Positions 1 to 10,948 are shown, numbered from the stretch's first letter. The stretch: 64,000 nucleotides of DNA from an uncultured Erysipelotrichaceae bacterium (GCA_944325685.1 CALVBC010000004.1:2535-66534); one strand, 5' to 3'. A program made the numbers and translations. Notes: generated from the letters alone by a model not told the origin.

Positions 1-1185
1 AGAATATGCTGTATCATTATACATCGGATAATCACCATTGCCGAAAACGCCATCTTGTTTATCCCAAAGACCGATCGTCGGCCCTGCACCATGACCGTGA
101 TAGCCGATCGGATGTGTGTAAATACAAGGTTTGATCCCTTCAGCGATCGCCTTTTCTCGTGCCATCTTCAAAATCTCATTACCTGTCCTACCTTCTTTGA
201 AAAAGGATATCGTGATATCTTGTAAACGATTGGCCGATCGCATGACAGCTTTTAATTCTTCTGGGACATCCTCTTCGCCATATTTGAGCACATAGGCGTT
301 TTCTTGTGTATCGGTACATAAATTCAAATACTTTAGTCCGACATCACAATGCAAGATATCGCCAGGTTCGATGATTACTTCACCACTCACTTCACCAATA
401 CCGCTCCTTCTTACTGATACTTCGAAATCAAACCACGGCTTTAAACCAAGATCGATCACCTTTTGTAACATCCAATATTTAACATCATCATTGGTAGTGA
501 CACCAGGTATTATGACCTTTGATGAAAAAGCTTCTTCGATCATCGCATGTGCGATCTGCATGATACCATCGTATGCTTCCATTTCCTCTTTTATTCTTGT
601 TTCTAAATAGCCAACACAGATTTTCTCAGCAGAAACGACCTTCGCCTTGAGTTCATCATCTAATGCCTCCATGATCTTAGTATAAAGACTATGACTTAGA
701 CCATCCGCAAAGGCAAATGTATCCGATATATCTAATCCGATCTTCTCTGGGTCACATTCCTTTAAAACTCGTGTCAAACATTCAAACTGTGTCTCTGGCT
801 TTTTATCTTGATATTCACTTTGGTCAAAAGGCATCAACTTATCCTTATCCTTCCAATCCGAACCTTTTGGATTAGTCCACACAGCTTCATAATAGCCATC
901 AAGACCAACACCTGGCCTTGTTAGAGCCATTCTTTTGACCTTGTCGCCTTCTAAATGAAATACCAAGATCGTCAATCTTCTAGCTGTCATCATAGCGCAT
1001 GGAACTAGAGAACTTAAGATAGGATCTTCATTATATTCATTACAAGCAACGATCCAGGTATCGATGTCTGCTCGCTTCATGATCTTTGGTAAGACCTCAT
1101 CTAAACGTTTGACTAGCCATTTATCTAATACTTTTTCTTGATCACGATATGATAATATCTTTGATCTTAGATCATTTGTGTTCAT
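1..1185 (-). CDS. M24-family metallopeptidase (Xaa-Pro aminopeptidase-like), first 395 codons; C-terminus lies beyond the left edge
   Basis: Absent from the ORF track because there is no stop in the window. My minus-strand translation from ATG 1185-1183 gives MNTNDLRSKILSYRDQEKVLDKWLVKRLDEVLPKIMKRADIDTWIVACNEYNEDP...FHLEGDKVKRMALTRPGVGL and stays open to base 1. The late part (...HPIGYHGHGAGPTIG) looks pita-bread/M24-like. It abuts the gmk stop at 1187. Confidence 0.75.
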   Translation of the reverse strand, partial: MNTNDLRSKILSYRDQEKVLDKWLVKRLDEVLPKIMKRADIDTWIVACNEYNEDPILSSLVPCAMMTARRLTILVFHLEGDKVKRMALTRPGVGLDGYYEAVWTNPKGSDWKDKDKLMPFDQSEYQDKKPETQFECLTRVLKECDPEKIGLDISDTFAFADGLSHSLYTKIMEALDDELKAKVVSAEKICVGYLETRIKEEMEAYDGIMQIAHAMIEEAFSSKVIIPGVTTNDDVKYWMLQKVIDLGLKPWFDFEVSVRRSGIGEVSGEVIIEPGDILHCDVGLKYLNLCTDTQENAYVLKYGEEDVPEELKAVMRSANRLQDITISFFKEGRTGNEILKMAREKAIAEGIKPCIYTHPIGYHGHGAGPTIGLWDKQDGVFGNGDYPMYNDTAYS

Positions 1186-1186
1186 A

Positions 1187-1768
1187 TTATCCCTCTTTTC
1201 TTTTTGCCATTTCATCTAAGATGATCTTTTTGATCGTTTGGTGAGCTTTTTCTGGGTCATTATTGTAAATGATATTATTGAATAAAGGGGCGATCTCCAT
1301 ATCCATCTTAGCCTTATTCAATCTCCTTTGTGCAGAAGCTTGATCATCATTGTAAAGAGTATTGATCTGTTTTTCCAATTCTTCAAGTGAAGTTGGCATC
1401 ACAAAGAAAGCGATCGAATCAGGGATATTAAGTTTGATCGGTCCTACCCCTTGGGCCTCGACTTCGATCAAAACATTTTTTCCAACACTTTGTAGAAAAC
1501 TGACTTGTTCTTTCGGCGTACCATAATAATATCCATTAAATTCTGTATATTCGAGCAATGCTTTATCTTTGACCGCTTGGGCAAATTCACTATGATCGAC
1601 AAAATAGTAATCTTCTCCATCGACCTCATCATCGCGTTTTGGTCTAGTCGTCATTGAGATCGAATAAAACAAATTCAACTCTTTATCTTCAAGCAAAGCC
1701 TTTCTGATCGCTCCTTTGCCAACAGAACTGGCTCCGCTTAGGATGACCACGATCCCTCTATTCATCAT
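1187..1768 (-). CDS. gmk: guanylate kinase
   Basis: 193 aa. N-terminal P-loop-like SGASSVGKG, TTRPKRDDEVDGEDYYFV and EVEAQG segments are typical of guanylate kinase. The start overlaps the pepD stop by 11 nt. Confidence 0.9.
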   Translation of the reverse strand: MMNRGIVVILSGASSVGKGAIRKALLEDKELNLFYSISMTTRPKRDDEVDGEDYYFVDHSEFAQAVKDKALLEYTEFNGYYYGTPKEQVSFLQSVGKNVLIEVEAQGVGPIKLNIPDSIAFFVMPTSLEELEKQINTLYNDDQASAQRRLNKAKMDMEIAPLFNNIIYNNDPEKAHQTIKKIILDEMAKRKEG

Positions 1769-3191
1769 GTACGCTCCTTTCGATAATATTTTTTAAGACC
1801 ATATAGCTTCGATCAAAAGAAGCTATATCCAACCTTTCGTCTGGTGTGTGGATATCATATGTCTTAGCTCCTAATGTGATGATATCCGCGCCGTCTAATA
1901 AGCTATTAAAAACACCACACTCACATCCGCCATGACTTGCGACTTCTTTTAGATCCTGACCAGTAGTATATCTAAGAGCTTCTTCAAATAACAAACGCAT
2001 CTTAGAATCTTTTTTGTAATTCCAACCAGGGTAACGAGCTGATGTCGAATAGGTAAAAGATAACCTATAGGCTAGCTTTGCAAGACGGGATATCAGATCA
2101 TCGATCGCACTATCGATCGCGCTTCTGATCGATATATCGAGGATGACTTTATCATCTGTAGTAGTTATAACACCAAGATTTAATGAAGTGATCGTAAGTC
2201 CTTCGATGCTCATCGAGCGATGCATGAAACCATTAGGCATCAAATAGATAAAATCTAAGATATCTTTACTATCGTCTGATGACATTACTTCTCGATCTTC
2301 ATCTTTACTCAATTCATAATAATAACCACTATCACTATCGGCTAATTCTTCTGCGATCGCTCTAGCGCTTTTATCTAGTTTCACCTTTAAAGCATCATAT
2401 GCCAACGAACAAGAGAAACTGATATCACATTCCCTTGGTATAGCATTATCCTTTAAGCCACCACTTATCTTAGCCAAACAGACATCTTGATCTAACTCTT
2501 CTAACATCCTTGCCGCAATGACATTGGCATTGCCTTTTTCCTTATCGATCTCCCCTCCTGAATGACCACCACTCAAGCCTCTGATAGATAATATATAGAT
2601 CTGGTCATCACTTCTTTTCTTTTGAAACTTTTTTGTGGCTATAAAGACACAACCACCAGCACTAGATACTGATGTGACAACTTCACCACCACCATCTAAC
2701 GAAATGACCCTTTTAGATTTGAAATATTCCTTTTTTAAAGCCAATGAACCTATAAGACCAACCTCTTCTTGTGTGGTGAAGACAAGCTCTAGTGGCGGAT
2801 GGATGAGTGATGCATCTTCCATGATCGCAAGCATATAGGCAACACCCATCCCATCATCCGCTCCTAAAGTCGTTCCTTTTGCTTTAAGATAACCATCTTC
2901 CACATAAAGATCCAAAGGATCTTTTAAAAAATCATGATCAACATCTTTATTCTTCTCACATACCATGTCTATATGCGCTTGGATCATCAAAGGGGCACTA
3001 GCTTCATATCCTTTAGATCCGGGCATATAGACGATGATGTTGTGTAGTTCATCCTGAACATAGTTCAAGCCTTTATCTCTAGCAATCTTAGCGATAAAGT
3101 CGGATGATCTTTTTTCATTTGTTGAGCCATGTGGTATCTTAGCTAGCTCATTAAACCAAAAACAATGTCTTTTATTGAGGTCAAATTCCAT
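1758..3191 (-). CDS. pepD: aminoacyl-histidine dipeptidase (M20 family, PepD-type)
   Basis: ORF track gives 1758..3227. I prefer ATG 3191 (MEFDLNKRHCFWFNELAKIPHGS...), which matches PepD N-termini. M20 motifs present: AHIDMVCEK, GADDGMGVA, TTQEEVGLIGS. Confidence 0.85.
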   Translation of the reverse strand: MEFDLNKRHCFWFNELAKIPHGSTNEKRSSDFIAKIARDKGLNYVQDELHNIIVYMPGSKGYEASAPLMIQAHIDMVCEKNKDVDHDFLKDPLDLYVEDGYLKAKGTTLGADDGMGVAYMLAIMEDASLIHPPLELVFTTQEEVGLIGSLALKKEYFKSKRVISLDGGGEVVTSVSSAGGCVFIATKKFQKKRSDDQIYILSIRGLSGGHSGGEIDKEKGNANVIAARMLEELDQDVCLAKISGGLKDNAIPRECDISFSCSLAYDALKVKLDKSARAIAEELADSDSGYYYELSKDEDREVMSSDDSKDILDFIYLMPNGFMHRSMSIEGLTITSLNLGVITTTDDKVILDISIRSAIDSAIDDLISRLAKLAYRLSFTYSTSARYPGWNYKKDSKMRLLFEEALRYTTGQDLKEVASHGGCECGVFNSLLDGADIITLGAKTYDIHTPDERLDIASFDRSYMVLKNIIERSVHDE

Positions 3192-5094
3192 TTTGTTCCT
3201 CCTTTGTATATTTAAAGATCCACTCACTGATCTCCTTTAGACGCTTTATTCGTTGTCGAGGTTTACCGCTACGTGATAATTCATGGTTTTCACCGATAAA
3301 ACCAACTAGTTTACTGTCAACGCCTCGACATTTAAGGGCCATATACATTTGGATCCCTTCGACTATCGGACAGCGATAGTCCTCGCTTGAATGGATGAAT
3401 AACGTCGGCGTTTTGACATTATTGGCATATTTTAATGGTGACATGTCCCAGAGTTCCGCTTGACAGTTATATAGATCAGCAAATTCCTGTTCGATCGGAA
3501 AATCGATACCATAATCACTAGCACAGACCATCGATATCCAGTTAGTGATTGATCTTTGTGATACTGCACACTTGAAACGGTCATTATGACCTATGATCCA
3601 ATTGGTCATATAGCCACCGTAACTGCCGCCTGTGACAGCCATATTATCTCTATCGATATTAGGATATTTAGCTAATACCGTATCGACAAAATCCATGATA
3701 TCCTCATAATCGATCTTACCGTAGTTATGCCTTAGATCACCAAAGGCATTGCCTTTGCCATCTGATCCACGTGGATTGCAAAACATTACGACATAACCTT
3801 CGTTTACCCAGTATTGCATCTCATGAACAAAGACGCTACCATAAGCACATCTTGGACCACCATGGATATCCAATATCGCAGGATAAGATCTATCGGTTGA
3901 AAAATCAGCAGGCAATAAGGCAAATCCATCAACTGGCATCGGTTTTTCAACGATTATCTTCTGTGGTTTAGCTACATAACGATCTTTCAATACGTCGCCA
4001 TTTAGATCCGTAAGTTTATCCATCTTGCCATCATATACTTCTTGCAGGGCCTGATCTTTCATTGCGACAACATATAATTTACCATCTAAGAAGGCCAGAT
4101 CATCGATACTACCGTTAAAGACCAGTTCTTTTTCAATGGTCCTATCGTGATAACTTATCAAGATACTATCAGTACCATCAGTCGTTACAAAATATGCTTT
4201 TTGACCATCTTTTAAAAAGTTCTTTAATTTGCCATATCGACAATCTGTCGTGATCGAATTATATAGGGAATATTCACTATCAACAGCTAACTCCATCATA
4301 CCGTCTTTTAAGATATAGAACTTGCTAGATTCGATCGCGCCATAGTCTTTAGCGAAAGTGCCGACCACCACGATCACATCTACATCATAAAACACCCTTT
4401 GGATCTGCATCCTATCTGTATATAAGATCGATGTTTCAAAAGATGATAGGTCGATCCTATATATTTTAGACCATTTACCTTTAAAGGCATCAAAGTCAAC
4501 ACCGCTATAAACGATCTCATCACAGCCAATATCATAACTTTCTACATCCATCATTCTATCGGTGAGGGGTCTGATCGACAAGTCTCCTCTGTCGATCAAA
4601 AACAAGCTCTTTCGATCACCATTTACGATCCCTTCGCCATTAAATAAGAAAGGATACTCATCAAAGACGATATTATCCTTATTTTCTTTTACTTTTAGAT
4701 CGTAAGCGGCTATCTCTTCATCCGACCACTTATATAGATCATAACTTTCCTTATTAGTTTTAGCTAATACGATATAATGATCTTGATATGCATCGATCTT
4801 TAAGACATTCAAAGGTAAACTAAATGAATTTTTATCACTTTGAAATTTAGTCCGATGATCTTCATATGTCATCGTATATATCTCGTCATCGATGATGCAA
4901 AAATCATTACTACCTTTAAGGTCAGTCAAGACCTTATCTTCGTTAGTATCTAAGTCAAAATAGTGTCCCTTTACCTTATAACTATTAGTATCGAGGTCTT
5001 GGTTATACTCGTTAAACAATAGGCCACCTTTATACGCCGTTAGATCAGCTATAAACTTATAATCGATAAAAAGGTCAAGGCTTATCTTTTTCAT
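3181..5094 (-). CDS. S9-family serine peptidase (prolyl oligopeptidase / acylaminoacyl-peptidase type)
   Basis: 637 aa. Long N-terminal propeller-like region plus a C-terminal alpha/beta-hydrolase domain with nucleophile elbow GGSYGGYM and a downstream ...IHSSEDYRCP...GENHEL (Asp/His region). Confidence 0.85.
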   Translation of the reverse strand: MKKISLDLFIDYKFIADLTAYKGGLLFNEYNQDLDTNSYKVKGHYFDLDTNEDKVLTDLKGSNDFCIIDDEIYTMTYEDHRTKFQSDKNSFSLPLNVLKIDAYQDHYIVLAKTNKESYDLYKWSDEEIAAYDLKVKENKDNIVFDEYPFLFNGEGIVNGDRKSLFLIDRGDLSIRPLTDRMMDVESYDIGCDEIVYSGVDFDAFKGKWSKIYRIDLSSFETSILYTDRMQIQRVFYDVDVIVVVGTFAKDYGAIESSKFYILKDGMMELAVDSEYSLYNSITTDCRYGKLKNFLKDGQKAYFVTTDGTDSILISYHDRTIEKELVFNGSIDDLAFLDGKLYVVAMKDQALQEVYDGKMDKLTDLNGDVLKDRYVAKPQKIIVEKPMPVDGFALLPADFSTDRSYPAILDIHGGPRCAYGSVFVHEMQYWVNEGYVVMFCNPRGSDGKGNAFGDLRHNYGKIDYEDIMDFVDTVLAKYPNIDRDNMAVTGGSYGGYMTNWIIGHNDRFKCAVSQRSITNWISMVCASDYGIDFPIEQEFADLYNCQAELWDMSPLKYANNVKTPTLFIHSSEDYRCPIVEGIQMYMALKCRGVDSKLVGFIGENHELSRSGKPRQRIKRLKEISEWIFKYTKEEQNGI

Positions 5095-5095
5095 A

Positions 5096-6289
5096 TCAGA
5101 TCCTTATCAGTATAAGTTCATCCTGTGGCTCATCTAACCATTCAGCACCATCTTTTGTGATTACGACATCTTCCTCAAGACCAACACGGCCTTCTTTGAT
5201 CTCAATACCAGGTTCGATCGTGAAGACGTTACCTTCTTGAAGTGGGGTATCGATAAGTTCAGGCTTATTGTAACGTGGACGACGATTAGCTAAGATCGTG
5301 CCACCATCATGCGTGACATGACCAACTTGATGTCCTAAAGCAGCATTCCATGAGTCGTAGCCCCAATCGACCACATAATGTCTTGCGATCTGATCGACTT
5401 CAAATCCAGTTACCCCTGGTCGCATGAATTCTTTTGCCATCCTTGTTGCATCGCGTATCACTTCAAATGCTTTCTTAACATGTTCGGGTGCATCATCTTC
5501 ATCATCTTTTAAAACATAGTACATCCTTTGGATATCGCTACAATAGCCATCTTTACTTACTCCGTAGTCGATATTGATGAGATTGCCTTTGACGATCGGT
5601 GTCTCGATGATGCCCATATGGCCAGACGGAACATTAGGATCGACATTTACGCCAGGGCATTGAGCATCCGCCCACGACATACCATAACCATCTTTATATG
5701 CAACATCATGTAAAAAATTAAATATATCAAGCGATGTTGTTCCTTCTTTACAGATGCTTGGTACCATTCGTAAATACTCATCAGCCTTTTTCACACATCG
5801 ACGGATCTTTTCGATCTGCGATGGCGTCTTGCGGCCTCTAACTTCACTGATTACCCTACTTGCGCTTTTGATCAACGGTTTAGATTCTAATTTATCTAGG
5901 ACTTCATTTTTAAGCTTCAAATACATACCTAAAGTCAAACCATCGCTAGCTGCGTCATCTTGACTAAAATCAAGTCCAAGAGTCTTGATATCTAATTTAG
6001 CCAAGACAGCTAAGATCGTTTCTTCCATTGTTCCTGTATATTCATATACATCATCGATCCCCTCGATCGATCTAAAAGCCTCGATATCAAGTGGTGATAC
6101 GATCGCGATACATTTTTGTGTTTTGAGAAAGATGATCGTCGTCGCAATGATGAAACTCATATCACCTAAGACGGGAAGTATCGGTTCGCTTTTCATGATG
6201 CTTTCACGTCCTATGATCAGCCATGCATCAAGATCGTTTTTGACCATCGCCTCATATATGATCGGTAATTTTTCTTTATCTATATACAT
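5096..6289 (-). CDS. M24-family Xaa-Pro aminopeptidase/dipeptidase (paralogue 1)
   Basis: 397 aa. Creatinase-like N-domain plus pita-bread C-domain (NIDYGVSKDGYCSDIQRMYYV, WNAALGHQVGHVTHDGG, FTIEPGI, GLEEDVVIT). Clearly paralogous to 11877..13061. Confidence 0.85.
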   Translation of the reverse strand: MYIDKEKLPIIYEAMVKNDLDAWLIIGRESIMKSEPILPVLGDMSFIIATTIIFLKTQKCIAIVSPLDIEAFRSIEGIDDVYEYTGTMEETILAVLAKLDIKTLGLDFSQDDAASDGLTLGMYLKLKNEVLDKLESKPLIKSASRVISEVRGRKTPSQIEKIRRCVKKADEYLRMVPSICKEGTTSLDIFNFLHDVAYKDGYGMSWADAQCPGVNVDPNVPSGHMGIIETPIVKGNLINIDYGVSKDGYCSDIQRMYYVLKDDEDDAPEHVKKAFEVIRDATRMAKEFMRPGVTGFEVDQIARHYVVDWGYDSWNAALGHQVGHVTHDGGTILANRRPRYNKPELIDTPLQEGNVFTIEPGIEIKEGRVGLEEDVVITKDGAEWLDEPQDELILIRI

Positions 6290-6308
6290 GTTACCCCCTT
6301 TTTGATGT

Positions 6309-6332
6309 GAGAGCCTCCCGAAGGAAACTCTC
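6309..6332 (-). other. intercistronic stem-loop (10-bp stem, UUCG tetraloop) between the binding-protein gene and the next cistron
   Basis: Minus-strand RNA GAGAGUUUCC-UUCG-GGAGGCUCUC (two G-U pairs) with no U-tract after it. It lies between the stop at 6346 and the start at 6289. Confidence 0.5.
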
Positions 6333-6345
6333 GCTTCTAGTCAAT

Positions 6346-8004
6346 TTATGCTGGTACTTTGACGAAATTGAATATGTAGTTACCCTGTGGGTTAGATTCG
6401 ATACCTTCGATCCCAGCTACGCCAAGACAAAGTGTTCGATAACCGAATAATGGTACTGTATATGACATCGTCTCTACTAGATAAGTCTCTGCTTCATGTA
6501 GCTTTTCCATCCGTTCATCTCCTACTAGAAGATCTGATTCAGCTAACAAATCATCATAAGTCTCATCACCCCATGTGAGATTACCATACTGGTTTGCTGA
6601 ATTAGCCATCTCTAAGAAAGTAGTTGGATCCATATAGTCAGCCGACATCGAACCACGAGCTAGCTCAGTCGATCCTTGTGTATCACGTTCATCAAAGAAG
6701 ACACGAAGTTCTTTGACATCGATCTCAAGATCGATATAAATATCAGATAATTCCTCTGCTAATACCGCAGCGACTGTATTATGCATTGCCGCTGAGTTTG
6801 TGCTATATCTTAATGTCAAAAGGTTATTTTCATTATAACCAGCTGCTTCCATTAGAGCTCGCGCTTCATCTTTATCGGTATATACTAGTCGATGTTCAGC
6901 ATCCTGTTCTTCACGGAAATCACCATCGATGCCTTCGATACCTGATGGTACATAACCATATAATGGATAGTACATTTCACCTGCATCTAATGCGGTTACG
7001 ATATTATCTCTATCGATACCGAGTTGGATAGCTCTTCTGACATTGACATCTTGTAAAGCTTCGCTAGCAGTATAAGCGTTCATCATCATGTAATAATTGA
7101 TGACCGATGGCGATAATAATAATTCTGGTTGGCCTTCATAAAGTTGAGTAGCTGTTGAAGGCTCAACATTGGTTGCAAAATCGATCTCGCCCGTTTGGAA
7201 AGCCATTAGTTGCGCTTCTGGATCTTCCATCACAACAGCTCTTAAAGTCTGAGTCGTAACTTCATCAGCATGTGCATAATGTTCATTTTTGACCATGACG
7301 ATCTCACTAGCATTATCGATCGATGAATAAGTATATGCACCATTAGTCGGATGTAGATCAGCTGCCCAAGTATAATCCATCTCCGGAGCAACATCTTCGC
7401 GCATTGGATAAAATACACTAGATGTTAATAGACTACCGAAATAATCGCAAGGTTGTTCAAGAGTGATCTCGATCGTATGATCATCTAAAGCAACGATGCC
7501 GACATCTTCCATATCAGCGATCGCGGTCTTTTCTCCTTCATCACCATATGACGAAGCACCCTTAACATAATTTCTGATGAAATAGGAATAATATGAATCA
7601 GCTGAACCCATACCTAAAGCCCTTAAAGCCCCATATACATAATGATGCGCCGTAGTAGGTTCACCATCTGACCAATAGTTGTTCTCATCTAATGTAAGCG
7701 TATAGACTAGGCCATCATCACTAACTGTCATTTCTGTACAAGCCTCATTTACAAGACTACCATCTTCCCCAAAACTGAATAATGGATAATAAGTCTGGTT
7801 CAAGATATATGAAGCGACTGAATCAGTAGCAACTGTCGGATCTAAATAATCCGGTTCACCACCGATAGCATATGTGAAGGTATCCTTATAGGCAACTTCA
7901 CCCCCCTGTGATGACCCTTCAGGATCACCACTTGAACAAGCTGTCATTGAGAACATCATCATGGTAACGATGATGATCATGACTTTTTTCATTATTTTTT
8001 TCAT
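6346..8004 (-). CDS. ABC transporter substrate-binding lipoprotein, peptide/nickel family 5 (OppA/DppA-like)
   Basis: 552 aa. Signal peptide with lipobox (MMMFSMTAC-SSG). Size and sequence are typical of family-5 peptide-binding proteins. It lies directly downstream of oppBCDF. Confidence 0.85.
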   Translation of the reverse strand: MKKIMKKVMIIIVTMMMFSMTACSSGDPEGSSQGGEVAYKDTFTYAIGGEPDYLDPTVATDSVASYILNQTYYPLFSFGEDGSLVNEACTEMTVSDDGLVYTLTLDENNYWSDGEPTTAHHYVYGALRALGMGSADSYYSYFIRNYVKGASSYGDEGEKTAIADMEDVGIVALDDHTIEITLEQPCDYFGSLLTSSVFYPMREDVAPEMDYTWAADLHPTNGAYTYSSIDNASEIVMVKNEHYAHADEVTTQTLRAVVMEDPEAQLMAFQTGEIDFATNVEPSTATQLYEGQPELLLSPSVINYYMMMNAYTASEALQDVNVRRAIQLGIDRDNIVTALDAGEMYYPLYGYVPSGIEGIDGDFREEQDAEHRLVYTDKDEARALMEAAGYNENNLLTLRYSTNSAAMHNTVAAVLAEELSDIYIDLEIDVKELRVFFDERDTQGSTELARGSMSADYMDPTTFLEMANSANQYGNLTWGDETYDDLLAESDLLVGDERMEKLHEAETYLVETMSYTVPLFGYRTLCLGVAGIEGIESNPQGNYIFNFVKVPA

Positions 8005-8038
8005 AACTTTTACCTCCTCTTCTATATGTTATGAAAGA

Positions 8039-9013
8039 TCATTTTTCATATAAGAAACAAGATACTATGCGTTCTCCTACTTTGATCGGCTTTGGTTTTT
8101 CTTGTTTGCAGCGTTCTGTCGCTTTCTGACAACGAGTGCAGAAAGGACATCCGATCGGCGAATCGATCGGTGAAGGTATCTCTCCTTCAAGGACGATCCG
8201 ACTCTTCTTTTTTGCTATATCAGGATCAGGGATCGGGATAGCTGATAAAAGAGCTGTTGTATATGGATGCAGCGGCCGATGATAGACATCATTACTAGGA
8301 CCAACTTCCATGATCGACCCCAAATACATAACACCGATCTTATCTGAGATATGTTTAACCATACTGAGATCATGAGCAATAAAGAGATAGGATAGACCTA
8401 GTTCCTTTTGGATGCTTTTTAATAAATTGATGACCTGAGCTTGGATCGAGACATCAAGAGCGGATATCGGTTCATCACAAACGATGAACTTAGGATCGAC
8501 CGCAAGAGCTCTTGCGATGCCTATCCTTTGTCTTTGTCCACCAGAGAATTCTGCCGGATAACGCCTGATATGATCAGGCTTTAGACCGACGATCTTTAAT
8601 AATTCAACGACGCGGTCTTCTCTTTCCTTATCGCTTTGAAAGATGCGGTGGATGACCATCGGTTCTTTGATGATCTCGCCAACTGTCATCCGAGGATCTA
8701 ATGATGCATATGGATCTTGAAAGATCATTTGGACATCTTTGTGATAGTCTTTTAGGTCTTTCCCTTTTATATCAGCGATATCCTTACCTTCGAATTCGAT
8801 CTTGCCATCATGTGGTTCATATAATTTGACGATCGTCCTTCCCAAGGTCGATTTGCCACATCCTGATTCACCAACAAGACCAAAGGTCTCATTATGATCT
8901 ACTTCAAAGCTTACATCATCGACAGCTTTAACGATCTGTTTAGGAGCAAATAATCCTTTTGTGACATCAAAATAAGTTTTCAATCCTTGCACTTTTAAGA
9001 TCGGTCCTGTCAT
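8039..9013 (-). CDS. oppF: oligopeptide/dipeptide ABC transporter ATP-binding protein
   Basis: ORF track gives 8039..9052. I place the start at ATG 9013 (MTGPILKVQGL...), which forms an ATGA overlap with the oppD stop. Walker A GESGCGKST, signature FSGGQRQR, C-terminal Cys-rich Opp tail CPFCTRC. Confidence 0.9.
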   Translation of the reverse strand: MTGPILKVQGLKTYFDVTKGLFAPKQIVKAVDDVSFEVDHNETFGLVGESGCGKSTLGRTIVKLYEPHDGKIEFEGKDIADIKGKDLKDYHKDVQMIFQDPYASLDPRMTVGEIIKEPMVIHRIFQSDKEREDRVVELLKIVGLKPDHIRRYPAEFSGGQRQRIGIARALAVDPKFIVCDEPISALDVSIQAQVINLLKSIQKELGLSYLFIAHDLSMVKHISDKIGVMYLGSIMEVGPSNDVYHRPLHPYTTALLSAIPIPDPDIAKKKSRIVLEGEIPSPIDSPIGCPFCTRCQKATERCKQEKPKPIKVGERIVSCFLYEK

Positions 9014-10011
9014 TTTTTCATCACCTTCTTTACTTCTAACCAGCAAGCGCACTTATGAGTATCGCTGAAACTCATCTCGTCTGGTTGTCTTAATTTGCAG
9101 ATCTTCATCGCACTAGCGCAGCGATCAACGAATGGACACCCTATTGGCGGATCTAATAGATCGGGTGGTGAACCAGGGATCGGTCGCAATTCCTCTTCGT
9201 CATCATTTTCGGGATTAGCGATACAATTTAGTAGCCCCTTGGTGTATGGATGCTTTGGATCATAGAAGATCTCACGATCTGTACCGATCTCTACGATCTT
9301 GCCACCGTACATGATAGCGATACGATCACACAGTTTAGCAACTACACCTAGGTCATGGGTAATCATGATGATCGATGATTCACCATTCTCTTTCAAACTT
9401 TCGATCAGCTCTAATACCTGTGCTTGGATCGTAACATCTAAAGCGGTGGTCGGCTCATCTGCGATGATCAGTTTAGGTCTCATCGCTAAAGCCATCGCGA
9501 TAACGATCCTTTGACGCATACCACCAGAAAATTCAAATGGATATTGTTTGATACGCTTTTCTGGTGATGGGATGCCGACTTGACGCATCAGTTCTAAAGC
9601 CCTTTCTTTAGCTTCTTTTTTAGTCATCTTGGTGTGGTTCAACAAAGGCTCGATCAGTTGTGTCTCGATCCTTAAGACCGGATTTAAAAAGGTCATCGGA
9701 TCTTGGAAGATCATAGTCATCGTATTACCACGGATCTTACGCATAATATCTTCATATTGTCTCTTGTCTTTGAAATGGGGCCTAGATATATCTTGACCAT
9801 CAAAGATTATCTCACCATCTTCTATCCTCCCATTCTCAGCAAGGAGGCCGATGATCGAATACATGGTCTGGCTTTTACCGGAGCCCGATTCACCGACGAG
9901 TCCTAATACTTCTCTATCATTCAACGTAAAAGATACATCGCGAACGGCTTTTACATTCCCTTGATCTGTTTTGAATGTTGTTGTTAGATCCTTTATTTCA
10001 AGTAATGCCAT
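9010..10011 (-). CDS. oppD: oligopeptide/dipeptide ABC transporter ATP-binding protein
   Basis: 333 aa. Walker A GESGSGKSQ, signature FSGGMRQR, Walker B LIIADEPTTALD, C-terminal CPFVDRC motif. Confidence 0.9.
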   Translation of the reverse strand: MALLEIKDLTTTFKTDQGNVKAVRDVSFTLNDREVLGLVGESGSGKSQTMYSIIGLLAENGRIEDGEIIFDGQDISRPHFKDKRQYEDIMRKIRGNTMTMIFQDPMTFLNPVLRIETQLIEPLLNHTKMTKKEAKERALELMRQVGIPSPEKRIKQYPFEFSGGMRQRIVIAMALAMRPKLIIADEPTTALDVTIQAQVLELIESLKENGESSIIMITHDLGVVAKLCDRIAIMYGGKIVEIGTDREIFYDPKHPYTKGLLNCIANPENDDEEELRPIPGSPPDLLDPPIGCPFVDRCASAMKICKLRQPDEMSFSDTHKCACWLEVKKVMKK

Positions 10012-10015
10012 ATCA

Positions 10016-10948
10016 TCACCTCTTCACTTCTAAAGCTTCACCTAATCCATCACCAATAAAATTGAGTGACAAGATCGTAAGACAGATCGCTGCGATCGGC
10101 CAAATGATATGGATCGGATAAGTGAATAATAACTGCCGACATTCATCTGCTAATCGACCCCAACTTGGGATAAGTGGATCTAGACCGATACCGACCATCG
10201 ATAAGAAAGCTTCAGTAAATATCGCATTTGGTACCATCATCGTAAGACATACGATGATCGGCCCCAACGCATTGACGACTAGGTGTTTCATCAAGATCCG
10301 CATATGATCTGCCCCAAGCACTTTAGCCGCCATCGCAAATTCCATCTCCTTTAAAGACATGACTTGTGTCCTTACTTGTCTAGCCATCTGGATCCAAGAT
10401 GTGATACTGATGGCAATGACCATGCTGATGATATTATTGCCAAAGACCATTAAGATCAAAAGCGTATAAAGGATGCTCGGCACCGAATAGATGATATCGA
10501 TGATCCGCATCATGATCATATCAACTTTACCACCTAAATATCCTGATACACCACCATAGATAATGCCGACTACAAGGTTGATACCAGCAGAAGCAAACCC
10601 GATCGCCAAGGATATCCTAGCACCATACATGACTCTCACTAATATATCGCGACCTAACTTATCCGTCCCAAATGGATGAGCTAAAGAAGGCAAGGCGTTC
10701 CTTAGAGCCATATCTTGTTCTTCATAACCATATGGCGAAAACATCGGGATAAATATAGCTGCTAAGATCATGATCACAAGAAAGATAAGCCCGATCAATG
10801 CTAACCTATTTTTCTTGAACCGATCCCAAGTATCTTTTGAGAAAGTTTTGCTTTGGATTGCGATAAATTCAGAATTCTTCTCACTTTCGTCTAATAATTC
10901 AAACATGTCTTCAGTTAATACGAGTTCTTTATTTGTCATATCCTTCAC
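10016..10948 (-). CDS. oppC: oligopeptide/dipeptide ABC transporter permease
   Basis: 310 aa polytopic protein with a binding-protein-dependent permease loop (...AAKVLGADHMRILMKH...). Adjacent to oppB and oppD. Confidence 0.85.
   Translation of the reverse strand: MKDMTNKELVLTEDMFELLDESEKNSEFIAIQSKTFSKDTWDRFKKNRLALIGLIFLVIMILAAIFIPMFSPYGYEEQDMALRNALPSLAHPFGTDKLGRDILVRVMYGARISLAIGFASAGINLVVGIIYGGVSGYLGGKVDMIMMRIIDIIYSVPSILYTLLILMVFGNNIISMVIAISITSWIQMARQVRTQVMSLKEMEFAMAAKVLGADHMRILMKHLVVNALGPIIVCLTMMVPNAIFTEAFLSMVGIGLDPLIPSWGRLADECRQLLFTYPIHIIWPIAAICLTILSLNFIGDGLGEALEVKR

Noticed and set aside
371-610. 79-aa plus-strand ORF at the left edge
   Set aside because: It lies entirely inside, and antisense to, the open minus-strand M24 peptidase frame (1..1185), which has a convincing peptidase-like translation.
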